From: Nymphaea colorata
Taxonomy: Eukaryota
Direction of reading: 5' to 3'
Assembly (NCBI RefSeq): GCF_008831285.2
Contig: NC_045138.2
Span: 38,750,001 to 38,814,000 of the forward strand
Length of the DNA: 64,000 bases
This document shows positions 14,656 to 28,893 of this stretch, piece by piece; position 1 is the stretch's first letter, and each line of letters begins with the position of its first letter. A program made the translations under genes and the position numbers. The notes beneath the pieces were generated by a model, which ran no database searches, had not been told where the DNA came from, and worked only from the letters and a program-made list of their open reading frames with translations.

Positions 14656-15070
14656 CAGATCCATCTGGATCCAAAGATTCACTTTTGGATCTATCCAAAT
14701 ACAAACGATCACTTTCGGATCCATCAAGATCCAAACCATTACTGTCAGGTCCAACAACATCCAAACTTTCACGTTTGAATCTTTTCAAATCCAAACTATA
14801 ACTTTCAGATCCACCTGAATCCAAACCATTACTTTCGGATCCCTCAGGATCCAAACTTTCACTTTTCGATCTATCGAGATCCAAATGATTACTTTCAGAT
14901 ACATCAGGATCCAAACTTTCACTTTATATCTATTCAGATCCAAACCCCTTACTTTTGGTTCCATTCATATCCAAAATGCCACATTCATAACCATTCGGAT
15001 CCAAAAAATCACTTTTGGATCTATTTCGATCCAAAATAGCATTTTCGGATCTGTTTAGATTCTCACTATC
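14656..15070. repeat. 30-bp-period minisatellite (~13-14 units; consensus approx. ATCCAAAnnnTnACTTTCrGATCyATnnGG)
   Basis: atccaaa or a variant at 14669, 14699, 14729, 14759, 14789, 14819, 14849, 14879, 14909, ~14938, 14969, 14999 and 15029. Confidence 0.9.
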
Positions 15071-16082
15071 TGTTTTGGATCCGAATCTATGATTAGATCT
15101 CAATAATCACGTTCAGTTCCAAAACTCGTATCCAAATCTAAAATTTCACTTTAAATCTTATCGTGCGCAAAAACTTGGTGTATCACGAAGATTCCACGGA
15201 TTGTTCTTCATTCTCTTTTAAAAACTTTTATGGTTTTCCAGAATTGCCCTTGGTTTCATTTCAAAACTTAGGGCATGGTTATATCATTTTTGCATTAGGA
15301 CAAAGATGACGTCTAGGTACTTAGTCAAATACAAGGGTAAATTTTAGTCTTTGGCTTGCTCATTACCTTTGGTAAAGGTGCTATGAACTATTTGTCTTGA
15401 AAAAGTTTTTCTTGATTTGGTGATCTTGAGTAGTTTTGATGATTGTTCATATAATCATCTTATGTGGAACTATATTATCAATTATTAATTAACATTATTT
15501 TAGTTAGTCTCCATTAGACAAATAAGAATTCGGGATTTAAGACGTTTCTAATAGTAATGATGTTACTTAAAGAAAGATATATTTTCCTAATTCATTGAAT
15601 ACTTTCTTATCTATCATATATGTTTTTTTTTCTCAAAAGCAATATTTATTTTGTTTGCATATTGATGGTTCACTCAAAATTAGCTAAGTATGTAACATAG
15701 CAGCCAGAAGCATCGTTTGTTCTAAAATTAGAGTATTTCAAAATTAAGTGCATCATTCTAATAATTTTAATAATGTAATAATTTTCAGCCTACTCCTCTT
15801 AAAAAACCAATTATTTGTTTAATTCTAATATTTCTTCTTTCAAATTGTAGTAATGGTCTGTGTTTGGTGAGGGGGACGGGCGACTTATCGAACATTTGAA
15901 GGAAAAATTTCCCAGATATATCTCCCGCGTCCATCAAACACGAACCAAACACCGCCTGCCGCCACTGCGTCCAAGAAGCCGTCGATCCGCTTTCCTGCCT
16001 TTGGCGTCAAAAATTTGAAATCGCCGCTCCCCTCCCCTCTTCGGTCTTTCCCCCCCAGTCTCTCTCGCTCTCTGGATGAACG

Positions 16083-19000
16083 ATGGGGGACGGAGAGCCT
16101 CGCAGCTTGAACCAGAGGAACGCTCGTCTCATTCGCCACTTGACGTCTCACGTCTCCGACCGACCACCCTCCTTCTCCTTGGTCGACGATCAAGATGAAA
16201 CTTATGACCAGCAACCAGGTGATGTTTCCTCCCTTCCTCCTCTTCCATGTCTCTTTTGGTTTTCGTTAGTTTGTATTATCATGTGCCCGGGCTCTTCCGT
16301 CACTGGGGAAACGATCGACCCTTCGAATTGACTGAATCGTTCCCGTTGCTCCTGCGGCAGAGGTCGACACCCTGCGGAAGGTGAAAGTCCAAGGTCGGCG
16401 TCGCCTGTGCAAGCTTTCCTCCAAGGACGACGAATCCCAGCGATCTACCCTCGATGAAACCATCCTTGACGACGAGGATGGTCGTCATGTTCGAGGGACG
16501 AACGATTCTTCGCCGTCTGAAATCAGAGACATACTGAAAGATTTGAGTTCGAAACTCGAAAGCTTGTCAATCGAGACGAAGAAGGGCAAGGGGATCGATC
16601 GCGGCAAAGACGGTTCCCAGTTTGTCGATCTTTCTACTCCTAGCCCCATTGCAAAACGTGGTAAAGAGAATGAGAAGGTGGTTGATGCCGTCGAAGAACC
16701 AGAATACGAAAGTGCCCTTTCATCACTGTCATCTGGTTCTCGGGTCGGTGATTCATTCGAAGAGTTGGATGATGATGGTGAATCTCATTACGACGATACG
16801 GACTCCATCACGTTCGTTGGCGAACAGAAAACATATACTCTGCCAGGGAAAGTCGCGAAAATGCTGTTCCCTCATCAACGTGAAGGCCTGAAGTGGTTGT
16901 GGGACATCCATTGCAAGTTGGGCGGTGGCATTCTTGGCGACGATATGGGTCTTGGGAAGACAATGCAGGTAAATTTCCATGAGTTGCAGACTTCCCTCTG
17001 TTTGTTGTAGCATGGCATTTAGCTTCTAATGCATCTGAATGTCTATATTTACAGTCCATTTCTAATCCTGGAATTTTACATGCTCATAGGAACCAATCGG
17101 TCCATATAGTACGATGGAACTTTAATTGGTAGTCCATTTTTTTAAACGAAAATGTAGCATGTCCACCCTCATCTTTTACTTCATGTTTTGCAGATATCAG
17201 CCTTTTTGGCAGGTCTGTTTGCTTCCAACATTATAAAGCGGGCTCTTATCGTGGCTCCAAAAACTCTTCTTGGACATTGGATTAAGGAACTTTCTGTTGT
17301 GGGCCTCTCTGAAAAGATTCGCGAGTATGCATTTGTTTCTAGAATTTCTCATACGTTGGTTCAGTTTTCCTGTTATGCCGAACGATCTGATCATATTGTC
17401 TTTGCAGATACTTTGGAAATGCTGGAAGCTTAAGGGATTATGAGCTCAAATCCGTGCTTCAGGTTGGTGATATAGTTTCAGTGTTGCTGTGACACATCTT
17501 AGTTTTTACTTCTTATTTCCGTTTTTTGTTTTATGCGATATGCTTTTTAAGTGTCTTAAGTATTTAACTGTTGTTTTTTCCTTCTTTAACCTCTTAATCC
17601 AGTCATTTTGCCTGTTTTTGCTTTTTCTTTACTTGAAAAATCAAAATAACTAAATTGCTAGTGTTTGTGCACATTTTTTATTGAAGTTATAAGAGCTCTT
17701 GATGGTGTGTCCTACCGTGTCAAAAGAACTGGTTTTGCCCATTTGTGAATATTTAACCTTTCATGTTCTAACTTCTAATTTTAGAGAAAGATGCTTATGT
17801 GTTTGCATAGTGAATATGACAATAAAATGGAGTTCTCATTTTTCCAGAAGAACCATTCTCATACTAGCTCTTGTTGAGGAACAATCTGGTTACTGCTGTC
17901 CAGTCTTATGGACTTAATGCCAATGGCAGAGGCAGCAATTTTCTGGCTGAGGGGCTGTAATTCGAAACCCTTCAAATATATAGTAAAATAGCTGAGTGGC
18001 ATCGATATGTAAATAAGCAACTATATAAGGGGCACCAATATGTAAATAAGCAGTTTGTGTGGGAAATTGCACACAAGCCCACGCAGGCCTCAGCCACTGC
18101 CTTATTTGAAATCTTCATCTGCTTATTAGCGTTTAAAGTTCACGGCTGTGGACTTTATATATTATGCATAGTCATTTTATTTGACTGTCATGTTTGATAT
18201 GCCGTGTAGTCACTCAAAATATCTTGATTTTGTATAATACAGTTTGTCCATTTTTTCACTTAAAGTGCTTGCTATGTAGCTAAAAATTCTTGCTAGATGT
18301 AAAGTTCACATTTAGTCAAATTGATGGAGCTGCTCGCTTAGCCTAGTATAAAGGATCCACGATCCATGTGCTTTTCCGAGGTGTTTGAAAACTTATCCAA
18401 GTCAACCAAGTTGAGTTGGTGACTCAGCCGTCAATCTGGAAAAAAGAATGTTGTCTATACTCAGTTGAGTCATGGGTTGGACAGCCTTAGCCATAGGTTG
18501 TCTTAAGTTCTTAACCGAGTCGTTTACGTACAGAATATATGTACATGTGCTACACAACCGTGCAATGCAAATGATATTAACTTGTGTGCTTAAGTTTGTT
18601 AAATTTTTATGATATTACAAACAAAGATGCATATATATAATAACATTATGATACCTGTTATGTACAATATATAAATGTGATACTCAAATAGAAAATACTA
18701 TTATATACATATCCAAATACAGAATATGCTTTATGCAAAAATTCTAGTTGCCAAAACGAGGTCAAGTCATTGAGTTCACCCAAGTTGAGTTCCGAGTCAC
18801 TACTGTGTTTTAAAACCTGGCTTTCATGTTTTAACTTATTTCTTGTGCTACCTTTCTCGAAAACTTTGTTATGCAATTCTTCTGTTATTGTAGCTGTTGG
18901 AAAGGAAAAATACTGAAAAGAGTGATTTTCACTCTGAATTGGCAGTCTGATATTACCATCCCCATGCATATTAGCTTAAGATGGTAAATGCTTCAATTAT

Positions 19001-22000
19001 GTGGCACCTTGTTTTTCTCATAGTTTTGCTGACTTAATAGGATGGTGGTGTTCTCCTCACTACATATGATATCGTGCGTAACAATTCAAAGGCGTTATGT
19101 GGTAATGACTTCTTGGATGATGATACAAGTGAGGAGACATGGGATTACATTATACTTGATGAGGTTAGCATGATATTGCTTAGTTATTCATAAAGTATTT
19201 CCTTGTACTTAGTATCATGTAGAATTATAATGTCTCTTTCTACTAGACTTAAAATCCTTAAGGGTTCTTTTTTTTGGGTTGGTCCATGAAGTTACTCTGG
19301 GACTATGTGAAAAGAGATGGACCAGAAACAAAGAAAACATAGGGACTTCATTTATATACATTCACATTTTCAGCTTGTTGGTAGATGAAAATGCCCTTTT
19401 TGCTTCTATGTTGTCCAAATGTTAGTGTGGTTGCACTATCACACACTTTGCCTTTTTTTGTTGCACTATATTGTTAGGTACTGCTTGAATTGGTGTAGTA
19501 TTTCTGTTTCATTGTAGCATCCCATTTAATGGTCACATTGCATGTGAGTGTTTTTATGATTTACTGTATTTATGAATCATACCTGTGAATGAGTTGAAGC
19601 TCTATTTTTTCATTACCTTATTTCTTTTGATTAGGGTCATACCATAAAGAATCCTTCTACTCAAAGGGCCAAAAGTTTGATCCAAATCCCAGGTACACAT
19701 CGAGTCATCATCAGTGGAACTCCTATACAGAATAATTTGAAGGTGCTATGCTATTTAATATCCTCTTTTCTTTTTGGCGGGTCGTTGTATGTAACTTTTG
19801 CTATGACTAACTTTTTTTGTGTGGCTTTTCTAGGAATTATGGGCCTTGTTTTACTTCTGCTGTCCCAAAGTTTTGGGAGATAAAAATGAGTAAGGCCTAT
19901 GTTTCTGTAATTTGCTCTAATGATTGTTATTCAGTTTCATAACGTTTTTTATTCCAATTACTCACAGGTTTAAGGAAAAATATGAGAAGCCGATTCTCCG
20001 AGGAAATGATAAAAGTGCTACTGCCAGAGAAAAATGGGTGGGATCAACAGTTGCAAAAGTATGAATGCTCATGTTTGTTTTTGCTCATATAGAAGTTGAT
20101 TTCTTGATGATTGGGCATGTGAATAAAATTTGGGTGGACACATGCTTTTCGTTTATCTCCTTAACATGCATTCTACCTCCAAGTGCTTGAGCCAGCATCC
20201 AGGGATTTCGTTTGGCACAGTTTTGGGCCTTTTTGCTGATGAAATGCACTTTCTGTTCTCCAGTGTGGCAGCAATGCTACCTTGCTATCATATTTAATGG
20301 ATTTCTTCATAAAAATATCTGAGATTCTGTATTGTCATTTTCCTTTGATACTTTTGTACTGAACTTGAGTCCAAACAGACTATGTTTTCATGTCTCAACT
20401 ATGTTGGTTCTACTTTTTAGGATGTGATGTCTGAGTTTAATTCTGCATGATTTGTATTTCATACTTCTTTGATGCATGAATAATAGATTATTATCTGAAG
20501 TTTCCCTTTGTTCACAGGAATTGAGAGAGAAGATCAAACCATATTTTCTGCGTCGACTGAAAAGTGAAGTTTTCCTTCATGAAGATACCAAATCTGCAAA
20601 GATTTCTAAAAAGGAGGAGATAATTGTCTGGCTTAGGCTTACCTCATGTCAGGTGGTAGCTTATAAATTTGTAATGATGTTTTAGACTTTTAGTTGCCGT
20701 AATTGGTTTTATCATCTCATTCACTTTATGAATCAAGAACTCTGAGCCCTTTCATCATGTTAGATTTCTTCATTACTTCCTGTATGGTAAAGTTGCTTCA
20801 TAGGCATGCATAATAGGTGAAGATCATTTATTTGTCTGACTCAGCTTAGGTTAATCATTTGTACTAGCTGAACCTGTTCTAATGATCAGTTGCTCTTATT
20901 GTGGCAGAGGCAATTGTATGAAGCATTTCTACAGAGTGAGACAGTTTTTTCGTCAGTCCAAGGATCACCATTGGCTGCTTTAACTGTAACAGTTCCTCAA
21001 AATTTCTGCTTCCCTCTAGAAGTTTTTAGCAACCAATCACAATTATTCATACCTTGTTGGTATTGGAATTCTCGTTGCTTGTTATTTGAAGTTTTCATGG
21101 TCTTTTGTGCTTAGTGTGTCATTGTTGTTTGTAATTGATGCTATAGTTTGTCCATTGTTGCATGCTGTAGATAGTGGAATGATAGTGCCCGATTGTTTAA
21201 AATTTAAACTTCCTCTAAGATGTTGTGTGCATTATTCTATGATACTTAACCCAGTAAAATATCATCCTAACAAACGGTTGGATCTAGTGCAATGGTAAAA
21301 GGTAGAGCTCCAGCAACGTGGGCTTCAGAAGTGGTGTAGCTGCACTGGTTAACAACTTATTGACCAGTCCTTGAACATGCATAAGAAAACTCCTAAAACT
21401 TGTAGGGATCATATTTTGCACTTACTTTCAATTGAGCAAGCAGAGAAACATAGGATGTGTTGCTCAAGAAAGGTAGAATGGGGTTCATGCTTATGCCATT
21501 TATAACTTGTTTTAAGTTGGAAACTTTTAGTGGTGAAGATTTGATATTTTATTATTTTTCCATGCTTATGGTGCAATAGGTATTGAAAAAGATATGTGAT
21601 CATCCGTCTCTGTTGACTCAAAGAGCAACAGATGACGTGTTGGAAGGGATGGACAAGATGCTTGATGGCGACGATCATGCTCTCATGGAAAAGATGGTGA
21701 TGGATGTTACGAGAATCTCTTCGGATGATGCACCAAGACAGTTGGGCAATGTTTCATGCAAAATAAATTTTCTGATGTCTTTGCTGGTACGTGCTTGTGG
21801 CTATGCTTGTCTCTGCTGGTCCCTTTTCCTTGCAAATGTTGAACTTGTTCTGCTAATCACCATGCAGGAAAACTTGGTTGCAGAAGATCATAACGTCCTT
21901 GTGTTTTCTCAGACACGGAAGATGTTAGACATCATTCAGGTATGGTTTGATTGTTTAGAATTATTATTGAACATGATTTATGCCTATGCCTGGGATTGAT

Positions 22001-25000
22001 CTATTTGCAAGTTGAACTAATCGATCTATTTAGGCTGTTGCTTGAATTCAATTAGTTGTTTTACCAACAAGCAAAAAGTTGATTGCCAGCCCGATTTATA
22101 AACCCTGGGTCCAATTCTTATCCATTTCTCCATTTAGTTCAAGTCTTCTGAAACACTGTCAGTTGCACTGTACTCCTGGCTGGGAAGCCATTTCAGCTGT
22201 CAAGCTGAAGGAGGTCAAGGATTTGATGATATGTCTCATGGCATATTAAGGTAACAAAAATGTGCTATAGGTTGTGAATAAAATGAGTAGAAGAGAAAAG
22301 TCGGGCAAAAGAAATTGCATGAAAAAGTGAAGGGGACTTATCTATGATGTTTCAGTGAAAGAATCTTGTTCATAGAATGAGGATTTCATTCTGGAGCAAA
22401 TAGGACAAAATTGGACAAATTCGTGCAATTTTAATTGGAATATCGAAAAAAGCTGGAGGTTTATGGATTGGGAAGGGCCTACATGGCTATGTCATGTTCC
22501 TACGTTACCTTCTCTGCTGCTATTGGACTGATAGCTCTGCTATTTTGTGATGGTATCCATTCTTTTGTAGCCTATAAAATGCTAAAGAAGCTTCTTTTTA
22601 TTGTGGCACTACCATCTTCCTGGTTGTGGTCTAGTCTTCTAAGCTGTCTGAAAATTTTCTTTCATTCCTTGCAAAATGACTATTATTTGATGAGAGTGTC
22701 TACTCCCTTGTTGCAGGATGAAATAAAATGCAAAGGTTATGGGTTTTCACGCATTGATGGAACCACCAAAGCTTCAGAAAGACAAAACATTATCAATGTA
22801 TCTGCTTTCTTTTTACTCTTGACATTGCAAGTTGAGTTTAGGAATTCTTTCCCAGTTTCAGGCAATGAGGATACCACACTTAATGACAGGAATTCCAAGC
22901 GGGTAATGCGCCTCCCATTTTCCTCTTGACATCCCAAGTTGGTGGCCTTGGACTGACACTCACAAGAGCTGATCGTGTAATTGTGGTGGATCCAGCTTGG
23001 AATCCAAGGTTAATCTCTTCTCTCTTTTTTTTTTTGGTGGAATCGTGAAATATAAATTCTCCTTGTTGGTGGATGTCCTTAGAAATGAATCTGATTTCTA
23101 GCATCACTCTAAATATATTTGATATCTGAAGACCAATCTTTGTTTTCTTCACTGAATACAATGTTGACCAATCTCAGAAAACCAGTGAGGCCTTTGTCCT
23201 GCTGATTTTTTCCTTTTTCCCATTTTTTTTACTTGTGATGGATCATTTCATATACTTAGTTTCAGGAGTTGGTTCTGTTTCGGTGCATGTTATTGGAGGG
23301 TAAAAGCTGCCTAGTTATTTCCTTCCTGTTGCAAGGAATCAGAGAAATGCATTTCTCCAAGTGCTCATGAAATCTTCTAGTATTTTTTTCTTAATGGTTG
23401 CTTAATCTTGTTCTCCATGTAGTGGCACACAAAGTTGCACATTCTTTGTGATTTTTCTTTATTTAATGCATATTTCATTCTCAGAAACGTTGTCCTCCTT
23501 TGTGGTGCTTTATTAACTGTAATACACGATCGATTTGACCAAATCTGCAGTTGGATGCATATGGAAAACTTTTGTTGTTTTGTCCTTCTACTTTTGTGGC
23601 CGAGTGTCTCTTGCTATTGAGTTTGAATTTTAGCTGCTGTTTTTCTTTTCTGCAAATTATTTCTTGCGGAAATATGGATACTTTTTTGAATTGAAAATTA
23701 TATGAGACTAAAAAAAATGCTAATTAGCGGAAGACCATTAAGAAGGTTTCTCAAATACAGAAGTTAAAAAATAAAAACTAGAAAATTGATGCTTAAATTG
23801 TGTTAAAGTTTTTGATGGAAACTCCAGAATATTGTGATATTGTATCTATTACCAGTTGCAATTATTATTGTGAAGCTCTGGTTGCCAATATTGCCACAGT
23901 ATCTTTCCAAAGCAAGGTTGAGATTGATCATTATGGTCTGATGTGACAGAGATGCTTTATTTTGGACTCCCTCAAGTATGCCAGCACTTTAAGGGCTTGT
24001 TTGATCCAATATCTAAGGACATGACAATGGATGCACTCAAATTTCTTTTGACTTTTGATTTCCCAGTGTGAAGGTATCCCTTTGGATATCCCTTTGAAGA
24101 GGCTTCCCTTCGGGGTCAGGACTTGATGCTAGCCAGGGGAGAGGGAGTGGGGTAAACCTCAATTGAAACTGGAGCCAATGTATCATTCATCAACTCAATA
24201 GATCTATCATTTTCAATAGACAGAATACTCACGATCTACTCAGATGAAAGAAGTTTAATTAGTTAATTTTTCTGTCAAGTCGATCTAATTTTCTATTTCT
24301 CAACATCAAGAAGTTTGAAAGGGTAAGTTGATAGCAGTCAATACCAATGCTTTCTTATGTAGCAGTGGTACCGCTATACTGCTCGCGGTGCCAAAAAAGT
24401 CATGTCACAATTGTGTGTTTGTGGACTTGAATATGGACAAGTATCTCATTTTAGCATTTTCATTACTTTTTATGTATTCTCATTTAGTTGATATTTCTTC
24501 TCGCATGAAATTTTCAATTGGTATTTGAGCCTATCATGGACTCCACATCCATGCGTCGTTGTGACATAGACCTTAGCATTTGAATGTTTGAACAGTACGG
24601 ACAATCAATGTGTAGACCGTGCATATAGAATTGGGCAACTCAAAGACGTGCTTGTGTATCGCTTGATGACTTGTGGCACCATTGAAGAGAAGATATACAA
24701 AATGCAGGTGACTTTTCTTGATCAATTCCTGATTTTTTCTTCTGAATTGAGTTTCTATAATTGTCTTGTTGTAAGAGTTCTTGGTCAACAATTTTTTGTT
24801 TTGTAGATAACATGTAACTTCAGCTTGCTGACGACATTCCATTTCAACTTAAATAATCATTTCAGAATTTGGACAACATCAATGACTTTGAGCATTCATA
24901 ATGATTCTGTTAACAGCCACAATCCCTGTTCTTAGGAATTTCTCTGCACGATTTTCCTTTTTAGGTTTGTGCCTTTATCATTTTTCCGTAGCAGATTTTC

Positions 25001-28000
25001 TCAGAACTTTTCAGAAGGTCCTGCACTTTTAGATTGACAAAAGTAATAGAGGAAAGTTAAAAAAACGGACTATAATATCTAGGTTTCATCAATTGTTGTT
25101 GTGAAAAGTTTGTGCATTATGACAGATAGCAGAAAAATTTTGCAAGTATCACCATGTTGTTGCCAAAAGGATGAAAAAAACGTTTCTGAGAAAATATTTC
25201 GAAATATTGCCAAAAATATACATTATGATACTTTTTCTCCCTATGGATATTTATTTTTTTTACATGTACTTCAAATATATGTTTTTTGCTTTTTTATTTC
25301 CAAGATCTGTTTCGAATTTCTAGCAATATTTTTGTGAAAAAAAGTCAGTTTAAACTTTAAAGATTACCATTTCATAAAATTTCTATTATTCTTCATATGT
25401 TTTCACTGGCTGAATCTTCACAATTTTCCTGAGATTTTCTAGTGGGAAACAAAATCTCTAAAGAACTTTTGACTTGTGAGTTAACTTGAGAACAATATTT
25501 TTAGCAGTGGGTTTATATGATACTTAAGATTATTAAAATGATGAAGTAAATAAAAAATAAATTGTATACAGATTAAAATATGTAATTTCTTGTAGTAAAT
25601 ACAGTGAATCTGTGATACTATTTCCATATTATTGTAGCCCATGTTAACATTACAATATTTATGTCATAGCCACACATCACAGCATTTTTGCTTTAACGGT
25701 GAAGGATTTCTTGTTGCATACATATAGTGTCTTCTAAATTATAAGCCACTCTTTGCATACCTTTTGCATTTGGGGATCATTTTGACCTTCTACCATTTGA
25801 ATTTTTTCTTTTAGTTTTTCCGTTATGTGGTATATATTGCACATTCCAACCATGGTTAGTTCATCTGAGTAGATTCTTATGTGCTGCTTGCTACTGTTAC
25901 ATTCTGCTGATTATGACAGTTCTAGAAATGTTGATTTTGTGGTATAATTACTTAGGGACGCTTGTTTTGGACGGCTCATTCCAATGGGCTTCCTATAGAA
26001 TTAGATTGTGTATTGGGCGGTTGCATCTTATGATGGAGTCACAGAGCTTCATCAAAGCCTTTTATAAGCACTCTCTAGCTAACTGTCATTTGAAACTATC
26101 ACATGCTCTCAGTAGCACCACCCATGTTTTTATTCTGCAATCTTCGTCTTGGCTAATTTAATTTTCTTCACTACCTGATCATTTTCCCATCTAAAATCTG
26201 CTAGGTATTCAAGGGAGGCTTATTTAAAACTGCTACAGAACAGAAGGAGCAGACTCGATATTTTAGCCAGAAAGTATGCTTTTGGTACCAGTCGATTTTT
26301 TGCTCTGCTCCATTTTCTTCTTTTTTCTAAGAAATTGTCCATCCTTTTGCACATTTTATATATTATTTTATTTTGTAAAATTTAATTGCCTACCAATGCT
26401 TTTATTTCTTGTAGGATATCCGAGAACTCTTCAGCCTCCCTGAGCAGGGTTTTGATGTTTCACTTACTCAGAAGCAATTGCATGAAGAGCATGACTGTGA
26501 GCATATAATGTATGATCTGATTAACTTATTTACTTTGAATTTAACATTTGCAGTCTTGGTAAATGTTATGTAGCATGGTCCTTCAAAGCTGTACAGCTGT
26601 TATGCTTTTGGCAATAATAGGTTTTCATGTTTTTTGAGCTCGAGATAATTTTTCCCCATTCTCATGATATGTATAACGGAGGATGCTTTTGTTTTATACT
26701 TGTGCTTCTAGTTTAGATTTGCTTTTATAGCCAGTGTCGAGCTGTTGACCATTGAGTTCCCTTTTTTCCTTGTGTATATTGGTTATTCTCTTTAACCTCA
26801 TAGTTTTCTTTTTCAGAAAGGTTTACAATTACAAATTCCATACCCTGGTTTGCTAAATAAGATCTGAAGCTACTTTTGAGATAGTAGTAGGATATTGGAT
26901 GCATCAGTTAAATGTCGACTGTGTCCTCATTTGGAATTAAAAGCATATGCATGCACACTGTTTATGTAGAGCGTATTGCATACAAAATAAAATATGCATG
27001 TTGAAATTTATGAGACATCTGAATATTTGAGTTCGAATCTGACACCATAAACACTTTTTTTGTGGTCCTTTTGCAAATAATGGACAGTTGATCAATAGTT
27101 TTATAGTGTCTATTATGCTTTTGCCACATTTGAATACGACTGCTAAATTATACAATCTGAAAGGGATCTTAGAAAAATGCCTGAAGACTAAAGAGTAAAG
27201 AGGGAGGTAGATGCAACAAAAAGAGGAATGTTTGTAAGTGCCAAGTGGAAAGAGGGGGAAAAGTGGCGAAATTTAGGGTGGTGGATTTGTATTACCATCC
27301 AAAAATGTAAGAGCATCAGGACCAAAAGAAAGGATCTGAGGTTGGAGTGGTGGGAAGATGATGAGGGTGAAGAACTGAAATTGACAGAAAGTCAGAAACC
27401 AAAAACCCCGAAATTTGTTTTTATGCAGGCATTATGGCTTCACTGTTTCAGAATCTTTAGCGCCTGTTGGATTACTAGTCCGAAAGTCATATCAAATTGG
27501 CCCAAGCAATGGCCATACTGCACTTTCAAGTGTTGTGGTCAAAATATATTATTAAGAAATTATGTATCTCTAATTTGGACACGTCAATCCCTCTTAAGAG
27601 GTTTATTTTTGGCTTTGTGTATCTACTCTTCACTGCATTGCTTGTTGGGTCGAATATTTTCTTGACTTGTGTAATTTGTTTGATTTGTCTTCATAGTGAT
27701 GATTCCTTTAAGGATCATGTCAAATTCCTGCATAGCCAAGGTATTGCTGGTATCAGTCATCATAGTTTGCTTTTCTCCAAGACTGCTGCTTTATCAGTTG
27801 CAAATGAGGATTGGGTTGCACCAAGGTAAGGAACATTGTCTCCATATTGGTTCCCTTTTATGACTTGGAATATCTTTATTTTCTTGTTAGTTTTCTTAAT
27901 TTTTGTCATAGCTTACAATAAAATGGCGCTGCCCTTTCATTGCATCTTTCATGTGTATTAGCTACAGATTATACCGAAATTGAAGATGCAAAACTAGATT

Positions 28001-28837
28001 ATATGAATTCTTTCTTTTCCTACTCTTTTCAAAAATTGGTTCAGTTCTCTCTTATCAGGCAATGAAGCTAGTTATGATATGAAAATTGAATGTTGCATTT
28101 AAATTAATTGAAGTAAATGTAGCTTGTTGCATGAGTTCATATTTTGTAGAATTTGTGGCTGTTTTTAAATGCTGTATTTGCACATGAAAAATAAGCCATT
28201 TTTTGGTGCTGGTTGGTTTAGACATAATCAATTTTTTACAGGTTGCTCACTTTTTTTATGGTTTATAAGCAGAAAGAAGGTTACTTCTGTGGGGCGTGCA
28301 TCTTCCACTTCTTATCTAGAGCATAATGTGGATGGGTAGGAGAGAACATTAATAATTCTATGTACTACTAAACAACAAATGTCCTCTTTGAATTGTCAGA
28401 TGTAATGATTTAAATTACTTGCCCTTTCAGTGCTCATCTGGCAGTCAATCCAAGGGAATGGAAACAAAAAACCATGGATCCTTCGACTGCTGACTATGGT
28501 CGACTACATGAATCGGAAATCAGGGAGAGGATCAAGCGGCTAAGTCAAATTTTAGAAAACAAGGTATTAGGTATAATTTAGTGTTTTTCTAATATATTTC
28601 TTTTTGCTTGCTTTATATTGATTGGCTGTACTTATTTTTCAGTCTCTTGTATCAAAACTATCAGATAAGGGAGAGAACATCAAAAAGAAGATTTTGGCCT
28701 TAAATTCAGAGCTTCTTAAGTTTTCTGCACGCAATCTTCAACCCGACGATTTGTCTTCTCGGGCTGAAGACAAACAAAAATCTGTTAGTGTGGATATTTC
28801 CTTGGAATTACAGAAGTTGTCTCTCAGTAACAAGTAA
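16083..28837 (+). CDS. CHR24: SNF2/RAD54-family chromatin-remodelling ATPase, CHR24-like (ERCC6-like), 21 exons
   Basis: Exons read by GT-AG splicing: 16083-16218, 16361-16968, 17194-17324, 17408-17462, 19041-19163, 19635-19742, 19834-19889, 19968-20058, 20518-20652, 20908-20985, 21580-21786, 21868-21939, 22717-22797, 22890-23008, 24596-24707, 26205-26273, 26415-26509, 27697-27825, 28273-28335, 28431-28563, 28643-28837. Motifs: [62 protein letters not shown]-terminal PRSLN and GRRRLCK motifs are as recalled for Arabidopsis CHR24. Confidence 0.9.
17921..18099. mobile_element. Small MITE in CHR24 intron 4
   Basis: Imperfect TIRs caatggcagaggc / gcctcagccactg (11/13 match), plus an internal duplication of 'atatgtaaataagca'. 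Confidence 0.5.
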
Positions 28838-28893
28838 TTGAAACTAAGTGACAAGCTAGCATATGTATAGTTGAAGGCGCATCAGGTTGCCTG

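Noticed and set aside
14656..15070. CRISPR-like array
   Set aside because: Eukaryotic context. Contiguous diverged 30-bp units with no unique spacers and no cas genes.
22798..22889. Possible U12 intron in CHR24 (GTATCT...CTTAAT)
   Set aside because: The donor deviates from GTATCCTT and the branch-like motif is too close to the AG.
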